A stretch of DNA of 64,000 nucleotides from Octopus bimaculoides (Eukaryota), in contig NC_068990.1 of the NCBI RefSeq assembly GCF_001194135.2, positions 3,620,509 to 3,684,508 of the forward strand, in the 5' to 3' direction. A model generated the notes under the pieces. It had not been told where the DNA came from, searched no databases, and was given only the letters and a program-made list of their open reading frames with translations. Below are positions 26,117-39,653 of the stretch, in pieces; the first letter of the stretch is position 1, and each line of letters begins with the position of its first letter. A program made the translations under genes and the position numbers.

Positions 26117-26389
26117 CAATATGGGTGTTCAGCTTTTGCTGAATGACCTGCACAAACGATTTGTTTATAGTGACCAAATGTCCGTGACACACATTAGTTC
26201 ATTCTCTCCCTCAGACCGGCGTTGTCTGAGCAGGTACATGATGAACGACGCGTCAGATGTCGAAGTGATCGCAGAGTCACGTGAGATGAAGTGTTTTGCT
26301 TAAGCACACAACGCACCACCCGGTCTAGGAATTCAAACCGCGATCTCTCAATCGTGAGTGCAGTACGTTAACCACTAGATCATGCGCCC

Positions 26390-26390
<1 letters not shown>
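26117..26390 (-). mobile_element. SINE family C (tRNA-like head)
   Basis: Minus strand agggcgcatgatctagtggttaacg..cggtttgaattcctagaccgggtggtgcgttgtgtgcttaagcaaaacacttcatctcacg gives A-box- and B-box-like motifs followed by a conserved-looking core. Confidence 0.7.
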
Positions 26391-26471
<81 letters not shown>

Positions 26472-27035
26472 AAGAAGAAGAAGAAGAAGAAGAGCAACAA
26501 GAAAAACAAAAGGATGATGATTGCATGGTGGTGATGGTGGCGGTGGTGGCGGTGGTGGTGGTGGTGGTGGTTATGATGAGCTTGATAGCGATTATGATTA
26601 TTACGTTGATGGGGATGATGACGACGACGATGACAAAACCGATGATTTTTAAAATCATTCCTCCAGTTATTCTGGAACGTGACTCCGAAACAGTAAATTT
26701 AACCATGTGTTATTAACGAAAACAAAATATAATTCTTTCAAAAAATGCCATATTGTATTTCAGAGAATAATCATGTACAAATTTACAGAAAGAAACCAAC
26801 AAAAACATTCTAATTTAATTTGCCACTAAAGTAATTAATTAATAGATAATTATTTTCGTTTATTCACTGAATTTAATCCATTCTAATCCACTCTTATTTT
26901 CTTTTTAATAATTTATTTCATATCTCCTTCATTCCCAGAATATAAATATAATCTAGGTCAGGATTTTTATTCTTTCGTGCGTTTGTTTTTGGCTGGTGGG
27001 CTGGTGGTCTTGGCGATAATGGTAGTAGTGGTAGT

Positions 27036-27121
<86 letters not shown>

Positions 27122-27470
27122 AAGTAGTAGTAGTGGCAGTGGCGGTGGCGGTGGTGGCAAAGGTGGAGATGCTGGTGGAATATGGTAATGATACTGGAGG
27201 TGGTTTGTAAGTATCATAGTATTAATAGTAGTGGTGGTGTTATTGATGGTGGTGGTGTTAGTGATGGTGGTTGTGGTAGTAGTGGTGGTGATGCTGGTGT
27301 GCTTTGATAATGATAGTGATAGTAGTTAGATAGTACTAACAAGAGGAGGAGAACGGGGACGAGGAGGAAGAGTAGGGAGGAACAGTCGTAGTAGTAGTAA
27401 GAGAAGGAGGAGGAGGAAGAAGAAAAGGAAGAGGGAAGGAGGAGAAACTATAGTAGTAGTAGCTGTTGTA
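26391..27470. repeat. Field of juxtaposed trinucleotide arrays: (TAA)(GAA)(GGT)(GAT)(GCA)(GTA)(GGA)
   Basis: Directly visible; explains the poly-L/V/Y/S/T ORFs. Confidence 0.95.
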
Positions 27471-27538
27471 TCGTTTTTTTAGACCCAGGTCGAAACTATG
27501 TCCAAATGTAAATACTCTGTGAAAAGAAGGAATATAAT

Positions 27539-27736
27539 CTTTTCTACTCTCAGCGCAAGGCCCGAAATTTTGAGGGAGTGGGGGGCAGTCGACAAGATCG
27601 ACCCAGTACGCAACTGGTACTTAATTTATCGACCCCGAAAGGATGAAAAGTAAAGTCTATCTAGGCGGTATTTGAACTCAGAACGTAAAGACAGACGAAA
27701 TACCGTTGAGCATTTCGCTCGGTGTGCTAATGTTTC
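27539..27736 (-). mobile_element. SINE family A (tail A1), older host copy lacking its first ~15 nt
   Basis: Minus strand gaaacattagcacaccgagcgaaatgctcaacgg..cctcaaaatttcgggccttgcgctgagagtagaaaa. Confidence 0.85.
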
Positions 27737-27970
27737 TTATTTCTTTATTGCCCACAAGGGGCTAAACATAGAGGGGACAAAAAAGGACAGACAAAGGGAT
27801 TAAGTCGATTACAACGACCCCAGTGCGTAACTGGTACTTAATTTATCGACCCCGAAAGGATGAAAGGCAAAGTCGACCTCGGCGGAATTTGAATTCAGAA
27901 CGTAACAGCAGACGAAATACTGCTAAGCATTTCGCCCGGCGTGCTAACGTTTCTGCCAGCTCACCGCCTT
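27737..27970 (-). mobile_element. SINE family A (tail A2), younger-looking copy nested in the host head
   Basis: Minus strand aaggcggtgagctggcagaaacgttagcacgccgggcgaaatgcttagc..atccctttgtctgtcc..cctctatgtttagccccttgtgggcaataaagaaataa. Confidence 0.9.
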
Positions 27971-29043
27971 AAAGGAGGAGTATAATACGTAAACTAATAT
28001 AGTTGTTCCATTCGTAAGATGGCTATAATATGACAGATTTAGTGGCGGAGGGGGTCTACGTGCAATTTCTAGCACCTACAGAGAAAGCACATATGTGCTA
28101 ACTTTGGCTCGATTCGTATTAGTAGTGGTAGTTCTAGTTATCGTTATTGATAGGGCTGCTTTTAAGGAGAGTGATGGTGGTGGTTGCATTAGTAATGGTG
28201 GTGGTGCTAGTTTTCAAAAGAATTCGATTCGTTTCTTATCTCATTTCTCACCTGAGACATGACTTTAACATTCTCATTATTGCTATTTCTTTTTAAAGAA
28301 AACTACTCCTCATTATATTAATTCTATGGCTGTAACCCAGAGTTTTTCTGTTCACGTAACAACTAGTCCTTTCTCAGCTTGTTATCATCAATGCACATAA
28401 TATGTTTATATTCACGCAAAGTCGTCTTTCACGCATTACAATAGACACCGCATGCATATGTGGTTTCTTGAAATGTGAGAAATATCAGTCAAATTGTTCT
28501 GAAATCATTCCATACTGTCTCTACAAAAAGAACATCTTATGTAGTGTAATATAGTTTGAGATTTACTTTGTCTGAAATGAAGAGATGATCTCGGTTAGAA
28601 TGACATCAATCATAGGTCTTTTCGACCATAGCTGACATGAACATGAACAAAATCTTCAGCATTCTTACAACAATTTAGCTGCAGTGAATATTACTTTAAT
28701 GCAGAGCTTCTCAAACTGAAAGTAGTCATGGAAATCCATAGATTAGGCGGAAAATTATGGGAACATTTAATATACATCGAAATAATATTATTACAGGCAT
28801 GCAGCAAATAAGCATTAAAATAGCATTTTGTTAGCATAATTTAGTTATGTATCCTTTCTTCATAGTTCTAAATCTACAGATCCATGATTATCATAACTAA
28901 GCAACTAAATATTATAACCTTGATGAGTCTTCGTCAGATGTTATTTGGAACTATGTATGACTCGTCATTTGGAACTATGTATGACTCTTGTAACCGTAAA
29001 TCAGCTACTATATTCAGCTTTTACTAACATTCGTTCATTATAA

Positions 29044-29047
<4 letters not shown>

Positions 29048-29102
<55 letters not shown>
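29048..29102. repeat. (ATT)n microsatellite
   Basis: Directly visible. Confidence 0.97.
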
Positions 29103-30859
29103 GAATATAGAAAAAGCGTCTTTTGTATGAACATGAAGTGGGAAATCACATTAACACTTTTAAAGATTCTGCACTTCTAGAATGTAATTCCATTAATATT
29201 ACAATCGAAAATTTTATGAGCTCCACTTGGTGAAATTGTTATTAGGGGGTAAATTTTGTTGCAATTTGTCTATTTTCTGATCTTATCATTCTATGAGCGA
29301 TGATTTGAGCTGAATAAGTCTACAAATGGGATTTCCCCTCGCAAATTGATTACCAAATTAAATACTATTTTCCCCTGAAGTTTAAATCTCCATATAGTAT
29401 AAGTTTTATAAGTCTTTGTCGAAAGCTGAAAATCCAGTAAAATCTGTCAACTTATCCGTTTGTAGAATTCTCCGATCAATTTAACACTTCTTATTCAACT
29501 CACTTTCTCAAAGAAATTTCACATTTTATTGATACACTTATTGACAACTCTTTGAAAGTGATACATTACACAAGTTTGCTACCACGCAGCTTCCACATCT
29601 TTTACCATGTGACTTTTTGTAATTGTATGTTTTATGTTTTTTTATTTACTTTTTACTAGCCAATAACGGACTTGATATGAAAGCAAGTAAACCTTTATTT
29701 TATTTATTATTTATTTATTTATTTTTATTTATTTATTTATTTTGCTGAGATGCTTGTTTCTCATAATGGAAAATGTAACTTTAAAATTCCGTTTTCTTTC
29801 GATTCAATTTCAAGCAATTTATTTTAAGACATTCTTCACTTGAATCTTTTAAATTCAAATTACCTCTAAATGTTCAGCTAGATTGAAGCTGATATTACCG
29901 AAAACCTTTCCATATTCAACACGCAGTCACATTGGTTCACTCTTAATACCAGCCCAGGTGAATCTGAAAGCAATAAAACTTTCATCATATTTTGTTTTCT
30001 TATGTTCACTTTGTTGTTCTGGTTTGTTTGAAATTGTTTTTTGAAGATGAATGTTCTCTAACCTTAATCTAAGCTACATCTATTTCGATCACGTTGTTTG
30101 GGTTTTTGATTTATTGATTTTTTTTTAACCATTCAACCAGTGGAGAAGTAAATAGAGTGCAATGTATTGATTATAGAAAATTTTTATGACCTCAGACACT
30201 TATCTTCACTGCACATGCATTATAAAAGTCATTAAACTATTTAACACAAATATTGTGCAATATTTTTAACAACCACTTCACGTTTATTGTTGTCTAAACC
30301 GAAATTTATCGGAAATTATCGCGTAATCTTAGCTTGAGTTAACAAAATTTGCAAGTTAAGCTGATATATGTCTAAAATTAATATGCATACATCAAATTTG
30401 TATAAATTTGCGACAAATTGTAATGTGTTTGCGTGCATGTTTTTTGCGTGTTGTAGAGGTATCTAATGTGCAACTCCATTACTTACTTCCACCTCAGCGT
30501 GCAACTTCATATGCGTATCTGTCTGTTTTAAAGTGCGTAAAAGTAGATTCCGTTCTAATTGAGTGTAAAACATTGGATTTGGCTTTGGCACCTAGTAGAA
30601 AGAGTGAAAGAGAAGAGAATGCTGTTGGGTTGTTTAAGGCCTGCCCAAGTGTGTATGTGATTACATTTAATGCGTTGAAGTTGAGCATGTGGATTTGCTT
30701 TAACAGCTGTTAAAATTTATCATTCTTTCAAAATGAATAAGTAATTGGAAAAGTGAGGTGAAGAAATCAATAACTTCCTCTGATATAAACATCAATGTAT
30801 TTACATATGAATATGGACATATATCTGCCTATTCGCATAGTACATAATCAAGTGTATAT

Positions 30860-31245
30860 TGTTGTTGTTGGCACTCCGTCGCTTACGACGTCGAGGGTTC
30901 CAGTTGATCTGATCAACAGAACAGCCTGCTCGTGATATTAACGTGCAAGTGGCTGAGCACTCGACAGACACGTGTACCCTTAACGTAGTTCTCGGGGATA
31001 TTCAACGTGACACAGTGTGACAAGTCTGGCCCTTTGAATTACAGGTACAACAGAAAAAGGAAGAAAGAGTGAGAGAAAGTTGTGGTAAAAGAGTGCAGTA
31101 AGGTTCGCCACCATCCCCTGCCGGAGCCTCGTGGAGCTTTAGGTGTTTTCGCTCAATAAACACACACAACGCCCGGTCTGGGAATCGAAACCGCGATTCT
31201 ATGACCGCGAATCCGCTACCCTAACCACTGGGCCATTGCGCCTCC
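30860..31245 (-). mobile_element. SINE family D1, intact young copy with (CAA)n tail and 13-bp TSD
   Basis: Head ggaggcgcaatggcccagtggttagg (A-box-like) and ggtttcgattccc (B-box-like). Exact TSD atcaagtgtatat at 30847-30859 and 31248-31260. Confidence 0.92.
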
Positions 31246-31689
31246 TGATCAAGTGTATATACAAATGCATATACAATACAAACGGTTCAAAGTTCGGTCT
31301 AAAACAAAGCAGAATACTAATCAGTTTGTATTCCGTTACAAACTAAGTATAACTGAAAGTGCTATAAAGAATTAATATTTAAATCTTTCTTTTCCATAAC
31401 TAAGATCTCATTACTAAAATTAATGTAAAGGCAATTGTTCATATTTTTCATATTGTTAGAGCAACACTTCTCCTGCACAAAGGTACTACTTAAATTAGTC
31501 TGTTACATTTACGATTTTTTAAGGGATTCGAAAGCTGGGATCAGCGATGGGGCAGATGTGATGGAAGCTATGTTGTGTAGTATCTTGGGATAGAAGATCT
31601 ACTCTACGAAACTTGAGTGACCAATGTCAATTCTTTAAAAAAATTATGCGCACTTGTGCATTATTTTCGGCCCAAGCTTTGTCTTTATG

Positions 31690-32500
31690 TACGTGGGGGT
31701 ACCTAAAAGTAACCGGAAATCTTCTCTATAGGAAAAACCCGTTCTAGTTCATTCTTCCGACGATAGAAACCACTTGATGCAAACTTCAGGCATCAATCTG
31801 CCGACCGGCGTCGTCTGGTGGTGTCGTACTGCCACTCGGTTCGTTGATTTTTGCGATGGCTGAAACGAAGGAACAGTGTGCTTCTGTGAAATTCTGTTTT
31901 CTTCTGGGGAAAACGGCTGCTGAAACAGTTGTCACGCTTCAGACAGCTTACAAGGACGCTGCCATGAACAAACCGGAAGTTTACGAGTTGTTACTACGCT
32001 TTAAGAATGGTCAACCAACCTTATTCATAACGACAGCTGACTTCATGAACGAATGAAAACATGAAAATTCATGAACTGAACTTGGAGGACCGTCACCGAA
32101 CGAGTGACGAACTTGTTGATATGACTGGTGTGTCTTGGAGCTCCTCCCAACGAATTTTTTGAGTGAGGAATTGCGAATGCAAAGAGTTGCAGCAAAATGT
32201 GTGCCTCGCTTGCTCATGGAAGCTCAAAATCAGTCACGACTGAATCCGTGTCGGGAACAGAGAAAAACAATTGAAACTTGATCCAGACCTTTTTTCGAAG
32301 GACATCACTGGTGACGGAATAGCAGATATGGAAGATGTGGAGAAAAGAACGGTGGCAGCGTTGAAAAACATCACTTCGCAAGAGTTCCAGGACTGCTTCG
32401 AGCAGTGGGAAATGCACCTGGACCGAAGCATTGCTTCAAATGGAGAATACTTTGAAGGCGATAAAAGTATAAACATGTAAAATTAGGTCAATAAAATATT
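31690..32500 (+). mobile_element. mariner (Tc1/mariner superfamily) transposon, internally deleted, right terminal inverted repeat (TIR) not found
   Basis: Left end tacgtgggggtacctaaaagtaaccggaa. Transposase pieces MAETKEQCASVKFCFLLGKTAAETVVTLQTAY, MQRVAAKCVPRLL, DPDLFSKDITGD and EFQDCFEQWEMHLDRSIASNGEYFEGD. Confidence 0.9.
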
Positions 32501-35318
32501 GCCAAATCCAATTTGCCTATCTAGTTATATTTGGAAGCGTTTTCAGAATGTTTTGATACGAAATATTACAAATGCACATAACTATAATTTTAGATACAAT
32601 TCGACTAGAATTGCAAAAATTTAAATAGGAAATTGAAAAGAATTTATGGAAGAGAGTAATTTAATTATTTATTTTGTGGCAAAGACACATACGCTTTCGT
32701 AAATGTATAAATAAGTTCTTGGCCTTTTACCAAATCTTACGTTTTCGCACTTAATTAGAAAATTGTATGAATCTATAACAGATACAGTTCGCCACATTAC
32801 TGAGTTAAGTATTATATCGATATTCTTGGTGTTATATTCGTGTTTCGTTTATCTGTTGCATAGAGGGAATATATATCATGGGAACTGTGTTATTTGGTTG
32901 GATGCTATTGGTGAAGAGTTTATGTTGCGTGAATGCACTTATGTCTTTAAGTGTCAGGTGATGATTGTGTCGAATATATGCTTCGTGATGTGTGTTATAT
33001 TATTGGATGGAAATTATGTGCAACACGATTTCAATGAATTGGCAAATGAGAGAGCATCGAACAATGTGTCTATCAGTGTTTAGAATGTCTTTTAACGATC
33101 TACGTCAAGATCGATCATGTAATTAGTAGTTAAGTACTAAAATAAATTAAGTCCCTTTCTGAATTGTGTAACACTATACTAATGTAAGATATAATTAGAA
33201 TCAGTTGAACAACAATCGGAGTACTTTGTGATGTAGGTTTTAAATTCAAATCTCGATTTATTCTACCTAGCGTTTTATCATCCTGGGGTCGATGCAACAT
33301 GCAACTTTACATACTGGCAATCGTTTAATAGACTTTGCTCTTCGGCAAGTATTTCTGACATTGTGCTTATGCTAAAACAAATCATTACCACGTTTATTAT
33401 TGAAATGTTCGATCTTAAGTATTCTTATTTCTGATGTGTGCTTTAGCGACAGCGGTTCATTGGAACTCAGAAAAGGAATTGGATTTTTTAAACTTCACTT
33501 CTTGTCACATATTGTTTCTTAAGTCCCCAGTTCACATTTAATGACCGTATCTTGCATTAAAACATTCCAGCTATTACCATTAGGCTCGCAATCATGGATG
33601 TTCTTTTAAAATGATGAGATTGCAATTGCAAGATTTAGAGTTCGATCGGGTTGTGCGATATCTGGGGCTAGTGAATTCTACAATAGCTTAGTGAGTGACA
33701 TTTACTAAGCGGAGATTGTACGGAAACCTATTGGAGGAGTCGGTCTGTCCTAGGGTAGTAGAATTAATCCGTCAATATCTTTAGTCCAAATTCATTTGGG
33801 TCCCTTTAATGAAGAACACTTTGTTGAAAGCATATGAACTTTCGAATCTTCGGTCGCAAAATAAATTCCACAAATTTCTCACTCGCCTTGGTGACTCTGT
33901 AATAGGTCCTGTGCACTAAAAGGCAGTACAAAGGAATTTTCGCTGTTGTTTCAAGCAAAACGAAAGACCACGAGGAAACTTGTTTTGATTTCAATCAGTC
34001 CTTCAATTATCTTAGTATTGTTATTGCAATCTCTATGGAAACAATTCAAGTATTTCTTTGTTTCTACCCAGTCCTAAATTTTTCAAACATTTTTTTCTTT
34101 GGCTTCGATTCTACCATCACAAAATAAAACATGTTATATACTTTGCCTCTTTTCTATTATCATAATCCAGTAACTGCAAGTCTTTATAATTGTTTAGTTT
34201 CTATAGGCATCTTTTACAATAGTTATTTTCACAGTTATTCATTCATCTTGACTCCATACTTCCATCTAAACTACATTTATATATTATTTTCTTTAGCATT
34301 TAAGTTTCCCGTTTGTATTCTTTTGAGCGAACTTGTAACATTTACACGTTATTTTTCCCAAGGATATCACAACTTCTGTACTTACCATTATGCTGTTTTA
34401 TAATTAGAAAATGGTTTGTTTAAATCGTGTCAACTTTCATAGCCAGTATCATATTATAAGTCTCTATGCAGTCGTCTTACAATCAACCAGACTTACGTAA
34501 AACTTTTACTATTTTTCTGTCTCGTATATAAGGTATATGGTGGATAACAAGGTCGCGGGGTATAAATCTTCGTGGAGCGAATCTTTATTTCATTACATTT
34601 CGGAGGTAAGATTAAATTATCTGTACAATGTAGCACAGAATTACTGTTAGCATTCAGTAGCCCTAACTCTTCGTTTACATATGTGCACACGTACACACAT
34701 GCATCCACATACGTGTACCTATAAATATGTGAGTGCGAATGTGTGCGAGTGAGTGTGCCCATATATATATATATATATATATANNNNNNNNNNNNNNNNN
34801 NNNNNNNNNNNNNNNNNNNNNNNNNNNNNNNNNNNNNNNNNNNNNNNNNNNNNNNNNNNNNNNNNNNNNNNNNNNNNNNNNNNNNNNNNNNNNNNNNNNN
34901 NNNNNNNNNNNNNNNNNNNNNNNNNNNNNNNNNNNNNNNNNNNNNNNNNNNNNNNNNNNNNNNNNNNNNNNNNNNNNNNNNNNNNNNNNNNNNNNNNNNN
35001 NNNNNNNNNNNNNNNNNNNNNNNNNNNNNNNNNNNNNNNNNNNNNNNNNNNNNNNNNNNNNNNNNNNNNNNNNNNNNNNNNNNNNNNNNNNNNNNNNNNN
35101 NNNNNNNNNNNNNNNNNNNNNNNNNNNNNNNNNNNNNNNNNNNNNNNNNNNNNNNNNNNNNNNNNNNNNNNNNNNNNNNNNNNNNNNNNNNNNNNNNNNN
35201 NNNNNNNNNNNNNNNNNNNNNNNNNNNNNNNNNNNNNNNNNNNNNNNNNNNNNNNNNNNNNNNNNNNNNNNNNNNNNNNNNNNNNNNNNNNNNNNNNNNN
35301 NNNNNNNNNNNNNNNNNN

Positions 35319-35350
<32 letters not shown>

Positions 35351-36249
35351 GTGTGTATTTACACGCGCGTACGTTTGCTACTCGGGGTTAAGGAAGATGA
35401 ATATTTTGTTAGATCGGGACAATGATGCGTTAATTCTTATTAGATTAAAGATACCTATCCATGGTGCTGACCTATGGGCGGGAACGTGGAATCATGCGTA
35501 AAGAAGCGAGCATTTTCACAACACCGCTCTCTCGGCTAATTATATTTTTCAGCCCTTTCTCCCCTTCTGTAAATTCTCCAGTGATGCTCTTGGCCGCGCA
35601 TACACACTTATCATCACTTCGTTTCGTATTTCTTTAGAAGTCAAATTGCCAAGTGCATTGTGTCTAATATAGCGAGAAGCCATCTCTAAATTTTATTTTT
35701 TCTTATATATACATTTTGGACTCTTGCAAGTAATGTATGGCGCATTCTTAACAACTTACCGGACAACAGGGAAAAAGCTGCAAAATAGCTTAATATTGAT
35801 ATTGCTCAGTCTTTGCTATCTTTAGTAATGGCTCTTTTATTTTTTTTCTCGGGGAAGTTTTTGAACATCCTCTTATATATTTTCGCCATCTTCACATTTC
35901 ATTTTTGTTTTTATTTTTGAATTCATGTATTGGCATCATCACAAAAGACTCACATTTCCTTCATTATTTTTTTTTTTGCTTTTCGCTGGCTTTCATATAT
36001 GTTTATCTGGGAAGATGATTCCCGCAACTCTTCCTTGTGTTTTTGCTTTGTGTTTTACCCTCTATCATTCAAAGTAGCGTGATATACCTGTCAACATGAA
36101 ACGGTTAGTGCTGCTGCTACAAATGATGACGATGATCATGATGATTATGATGATGATGATGATGACGACGACAGCATTATGTAATCTGTGAGACAGTCAT
36201 TTTGAATAAAGAGAAATTTCATATACGTCTGGACGCGGACGCGTATACA

Positions 36250-36418
36250 AATGTGTGTGTGTGTGTATATATATATATGTGTGTATGTATGTATATATAT
36301 ATATATATATATGGGTGTGTGCGTGTGTGTGTGTTTGTGTGTGTGTATATATATACACATACATATATATATTATATATAATATCTTATATATGTATGTT
36401 ATGTATATATATATATAT

Positions 36419-36492
<74 letters not shown>

Positions 36493-36565
36493 CATACACA
36501 TACATACATACTTATACCTATACACACACACGTATATATATATACTTACATACAGACATACACAT

Positions 36566-36622
<57 letters not shown>

Positions 36623-36670
36623 GATATATATATATAGATATATATATATATATATACACGCATATATATA
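36250..36670. repeat. Compound (TG)/(TA)/(CA) microsatellite field
   Basis: Directly visible. Confidence 0.95.
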
Positions 36671-37091
36671 GTAAGATGTAGATATATCCTTATACATATA
36701 TATTATTCATAACTTCACATATATGCACATACATAGATGGATATATTTATGTGGAATTTTAGAAGACATTGATTTACATATGTTCTATCCAGGCAACAAC
36801 GCAGTACATTTCTTGCCTTCGTATTTTATCAAAAGATAAAACTTTTCAATAGCCAAAACATGTTCCGAATCATTTATTTGACAACGCTGGAAAACAACTA
36901 AAACTGAAGAATTCTAATATATCCTATAGGAACCTATGTTAAAACAGAATCTATTTCATTCACATTACAATCTGGATTTAATTTAATTTCAGCTGCTCAA
37001 TAATTTAAATGTGGTTAAAACTGATTTTAGACTTTAAAAAATAACTAGCTTGTGATATGAATACATAAATACACACACACACACACACGCG

Positions 37092-37137
<46 letters not shown>

Positions 37138-37688
37138 CTGACACATACACGCACGCACAGTCACACACACATATATACAAATGTTATATATATATATATA
37201 TATATGCTTAGTATACTTGTCTAATATGCTTTTGCATGTGTTTGCGCCTGCCTCTGTGTCTGAGTAAACATATGTATGTATGTGAATATATGGATATATA
37301 TATATATATAAATATATGCNNNNNNNNNNNNNNNNNNNNNNNNNNNNNNNNNNNNNNNNNNNNNNNNNNNNNNNNNNNNNNNNNNNNNNNNNNNNNNNNN
37401 NNNNNNNNNNNNNNNNNNNNNNNNNNNNNNNNNNNNNNNNNNNNNNNNNNNNNNNNNNNNNNNNNNNNNNNNNNNNNNNNNNNNNNNNNNNNNNNNNNNN
37501 NNNNNNNNNNNNNNNNNNNNNNNNNNNNNNNNNNNNNNNNNNNNNNNNNNNNNNNNNNNNNNNNNNNNNNNNNNNNNNNNNNNNNNNNNNNNNNNNNNNN
37601 NNNNNNNNNNNNNNNNNNNNNNNNNNNNNNNNNNNNNNNNNNNNNNNNNNNNNNNNNNNNNNNNNNNNNNNNNNNNNNNNNNNNNNNN

Positions 37689-37898
37689 TGTGTGTTTGTC
37701 CCCCCACAATCGTTTGTCAACCGACACTGGTGTGTTTACGTCCCCGTAACCTAATGGTTCGGCAAAAAGTGACCGATAGAATAAGTACTAGGCTTACAAA
37801 GAATAAGTCCTGGGGTGGATTTGCTCGACTAAAGGCGGTTCTCCAGCATGGCCGTAGTGAAATGACTGAAACAAGTAAAAGAGTAAAAGAGTAGAGTA
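37689..37898 (+). mobile_element. SINE family B, 3' half (head probably inside the preceding gap)
   Basis: tgtgtttgtccccc..ctggtgtgtttacgtccccgtaac..accgatagaataagtactaggcttacaaagaataagtcctgggg..aaaggcggttctccagcatggccgtagtgaaatgactgaaacaagtaaaagagtaaaagagt. Confidence 0.9.
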
Positions 37899-39653
37899 TA
37901 TATATACACACATAAGCATATATATACATATACACATATAAATATATATATATATATACATATAAATATATATATACATATAAATATACATCAATAAGAA
38001 AATGGAGGGGATCAAAAGTTAGTATTCATCAACTTTTAGATATTATATTATGTCTATTTATTTAGTTTTTAAAAAAAACCATTATAACAATATACATACA
38101 TGTATAACATATTATGCTTGACATATATAATATATAAAAATATAAAAATACCAGTAACTATTAAAATATATAACGTAGAGCGTAGGAAGTAGAATAGTAT
38201 CTTACAGCTGTTTCAGCCAAGTGCCATAGTACCCCACTTTACTTTTATATCTTCAGTGAACTGAAGAATTTGGTAGATAAGATTAAGGTATTTGGTGTGC
38301 CTCTGGACTTCGTGAGAGAGTTTAGAAAGATCATAAGGTGAAGTTATAAATGTAAATATATACATAAATATACATGAATGATTATCTATACATTTATATG
38401 TATATGTATACAAAGAAATCAATTATGATTATTATTAGGTGTATTATATTATTCCTATTAGATAAAGTATAAACAGAGGAAAGAAAAAAATTATCAAAAG
38501 CGAAATAATAGTGGAATTTAAATGATCTTAAGGTTATTGTAGTTATGTAGGAATGAAAAGGTATATAAATTATAACAATATACATGTATGTATATTGTTA
38601 TAATAGTTTTTTTTTTAATAAATAAATAGACATAACATAAATTCTAGGACTTGATGAATACAAACTCTTGATCCACTCTATTTTCGTATTGCTGTATAAA
38701 TTAAGAATATAAATTAAGAATATAACACCCGTTTATTACATTCAGTAGTGTAATTGCCATGCAATGAAAAGACACTTGTGTATTAATAATTGGGTATTCT
38801 ATCAGCAGTATATTGGATAGATATTATCCCTTAGTTGGTTGGATTCACAACCTCTAAGTCTCTTGGAATTACATATATATATATATATATANNNNNNNNN
38901 NNNNNNNNNNNNNNNNNNNNNNNNNNNNNNNNNNNNNNNNNNNNNNNNNNNNNNNNNNNNNNNNNNNNNNNNNNNNNNNNNNNNNNNNNNNNNNNNNNNN
39001 NNNNNNNNNNNNNNNNNNNNNNNNNNNNNNNNNNNNNNNNNNNNNNNNNNNNNNNNNNNNNNNNNNNNNNNNNNNNNNNNNNNNNNNNNNNNNNNNNNNN
39101 NNNNNNNNNNNNNNNNNNNNNNNNNNNNNNNNNNNNNNNNNNNNNNNNNNNNNNNNNNNNNNNNNNNNNNNNNNNNNNNNNNNNNNNNNNNNNNNNNNNN
39201 NNNNNNNNNNNNNNNNNNNNNNNNNNNNNNNNNNNNNNNNNNNNNNNNNNNNNNNNNNNNNNNNNNNNNNNNNNNNNNNNNNNNNNNNNNNNNNNNNNNN
39301 NNNNNNNNNNNNNNNNNNNNNNNNNNNNNNNNNNNNNNNNNNNNNNNNNNNNNNNNNNNNNNNNNNNNNNNNNNNNNNNNNNNNNNNNNNNNNNNNNNNN
39401 NNNNNNNNNNNNNNNNNNNNNNNNNNNNNNNNNNNNNNNNNNNNNNNNNNNNNNNNNNNNNNNNNNNNNNNNNNNNNNNNNNNNNNNNNNNNNNNNNNNN
39501 NNNNNNNNNNNNNNNNNNNNNNNNNNNNNNNNNNNNNNNNNNNNNNNNNNNNNNNNNNNNNNNNNNNNNNNNNNNNNNNNNNNNNNNNNNNNNNNNNNNN
39601 NNNNNNNNNNNNNNNNNNNNNNNNNNNNNNNNNNNNNNNNNNNNNNNNNNNNN

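Noticed and set aside
28943-28987. 21-bp direct repeat atttggaactatgtatgactc with a 24-bp period
   Set aside because: Only two units with a 3-bp spacer; a local duplication, not a CRISPR-like array.
5541-31245. tRNA-like A/B-box sequences
   Set aside because: All continue into SINE bodies; I found no free-standing cloverleaf tRNA gene.
33800-34000. Minus-strand SFLVVFRFA..SFVLPFSAQD, faintly like a hAT/Buster transposase
   Set aside because: Short, interrupted by stops, and no TIRs found.
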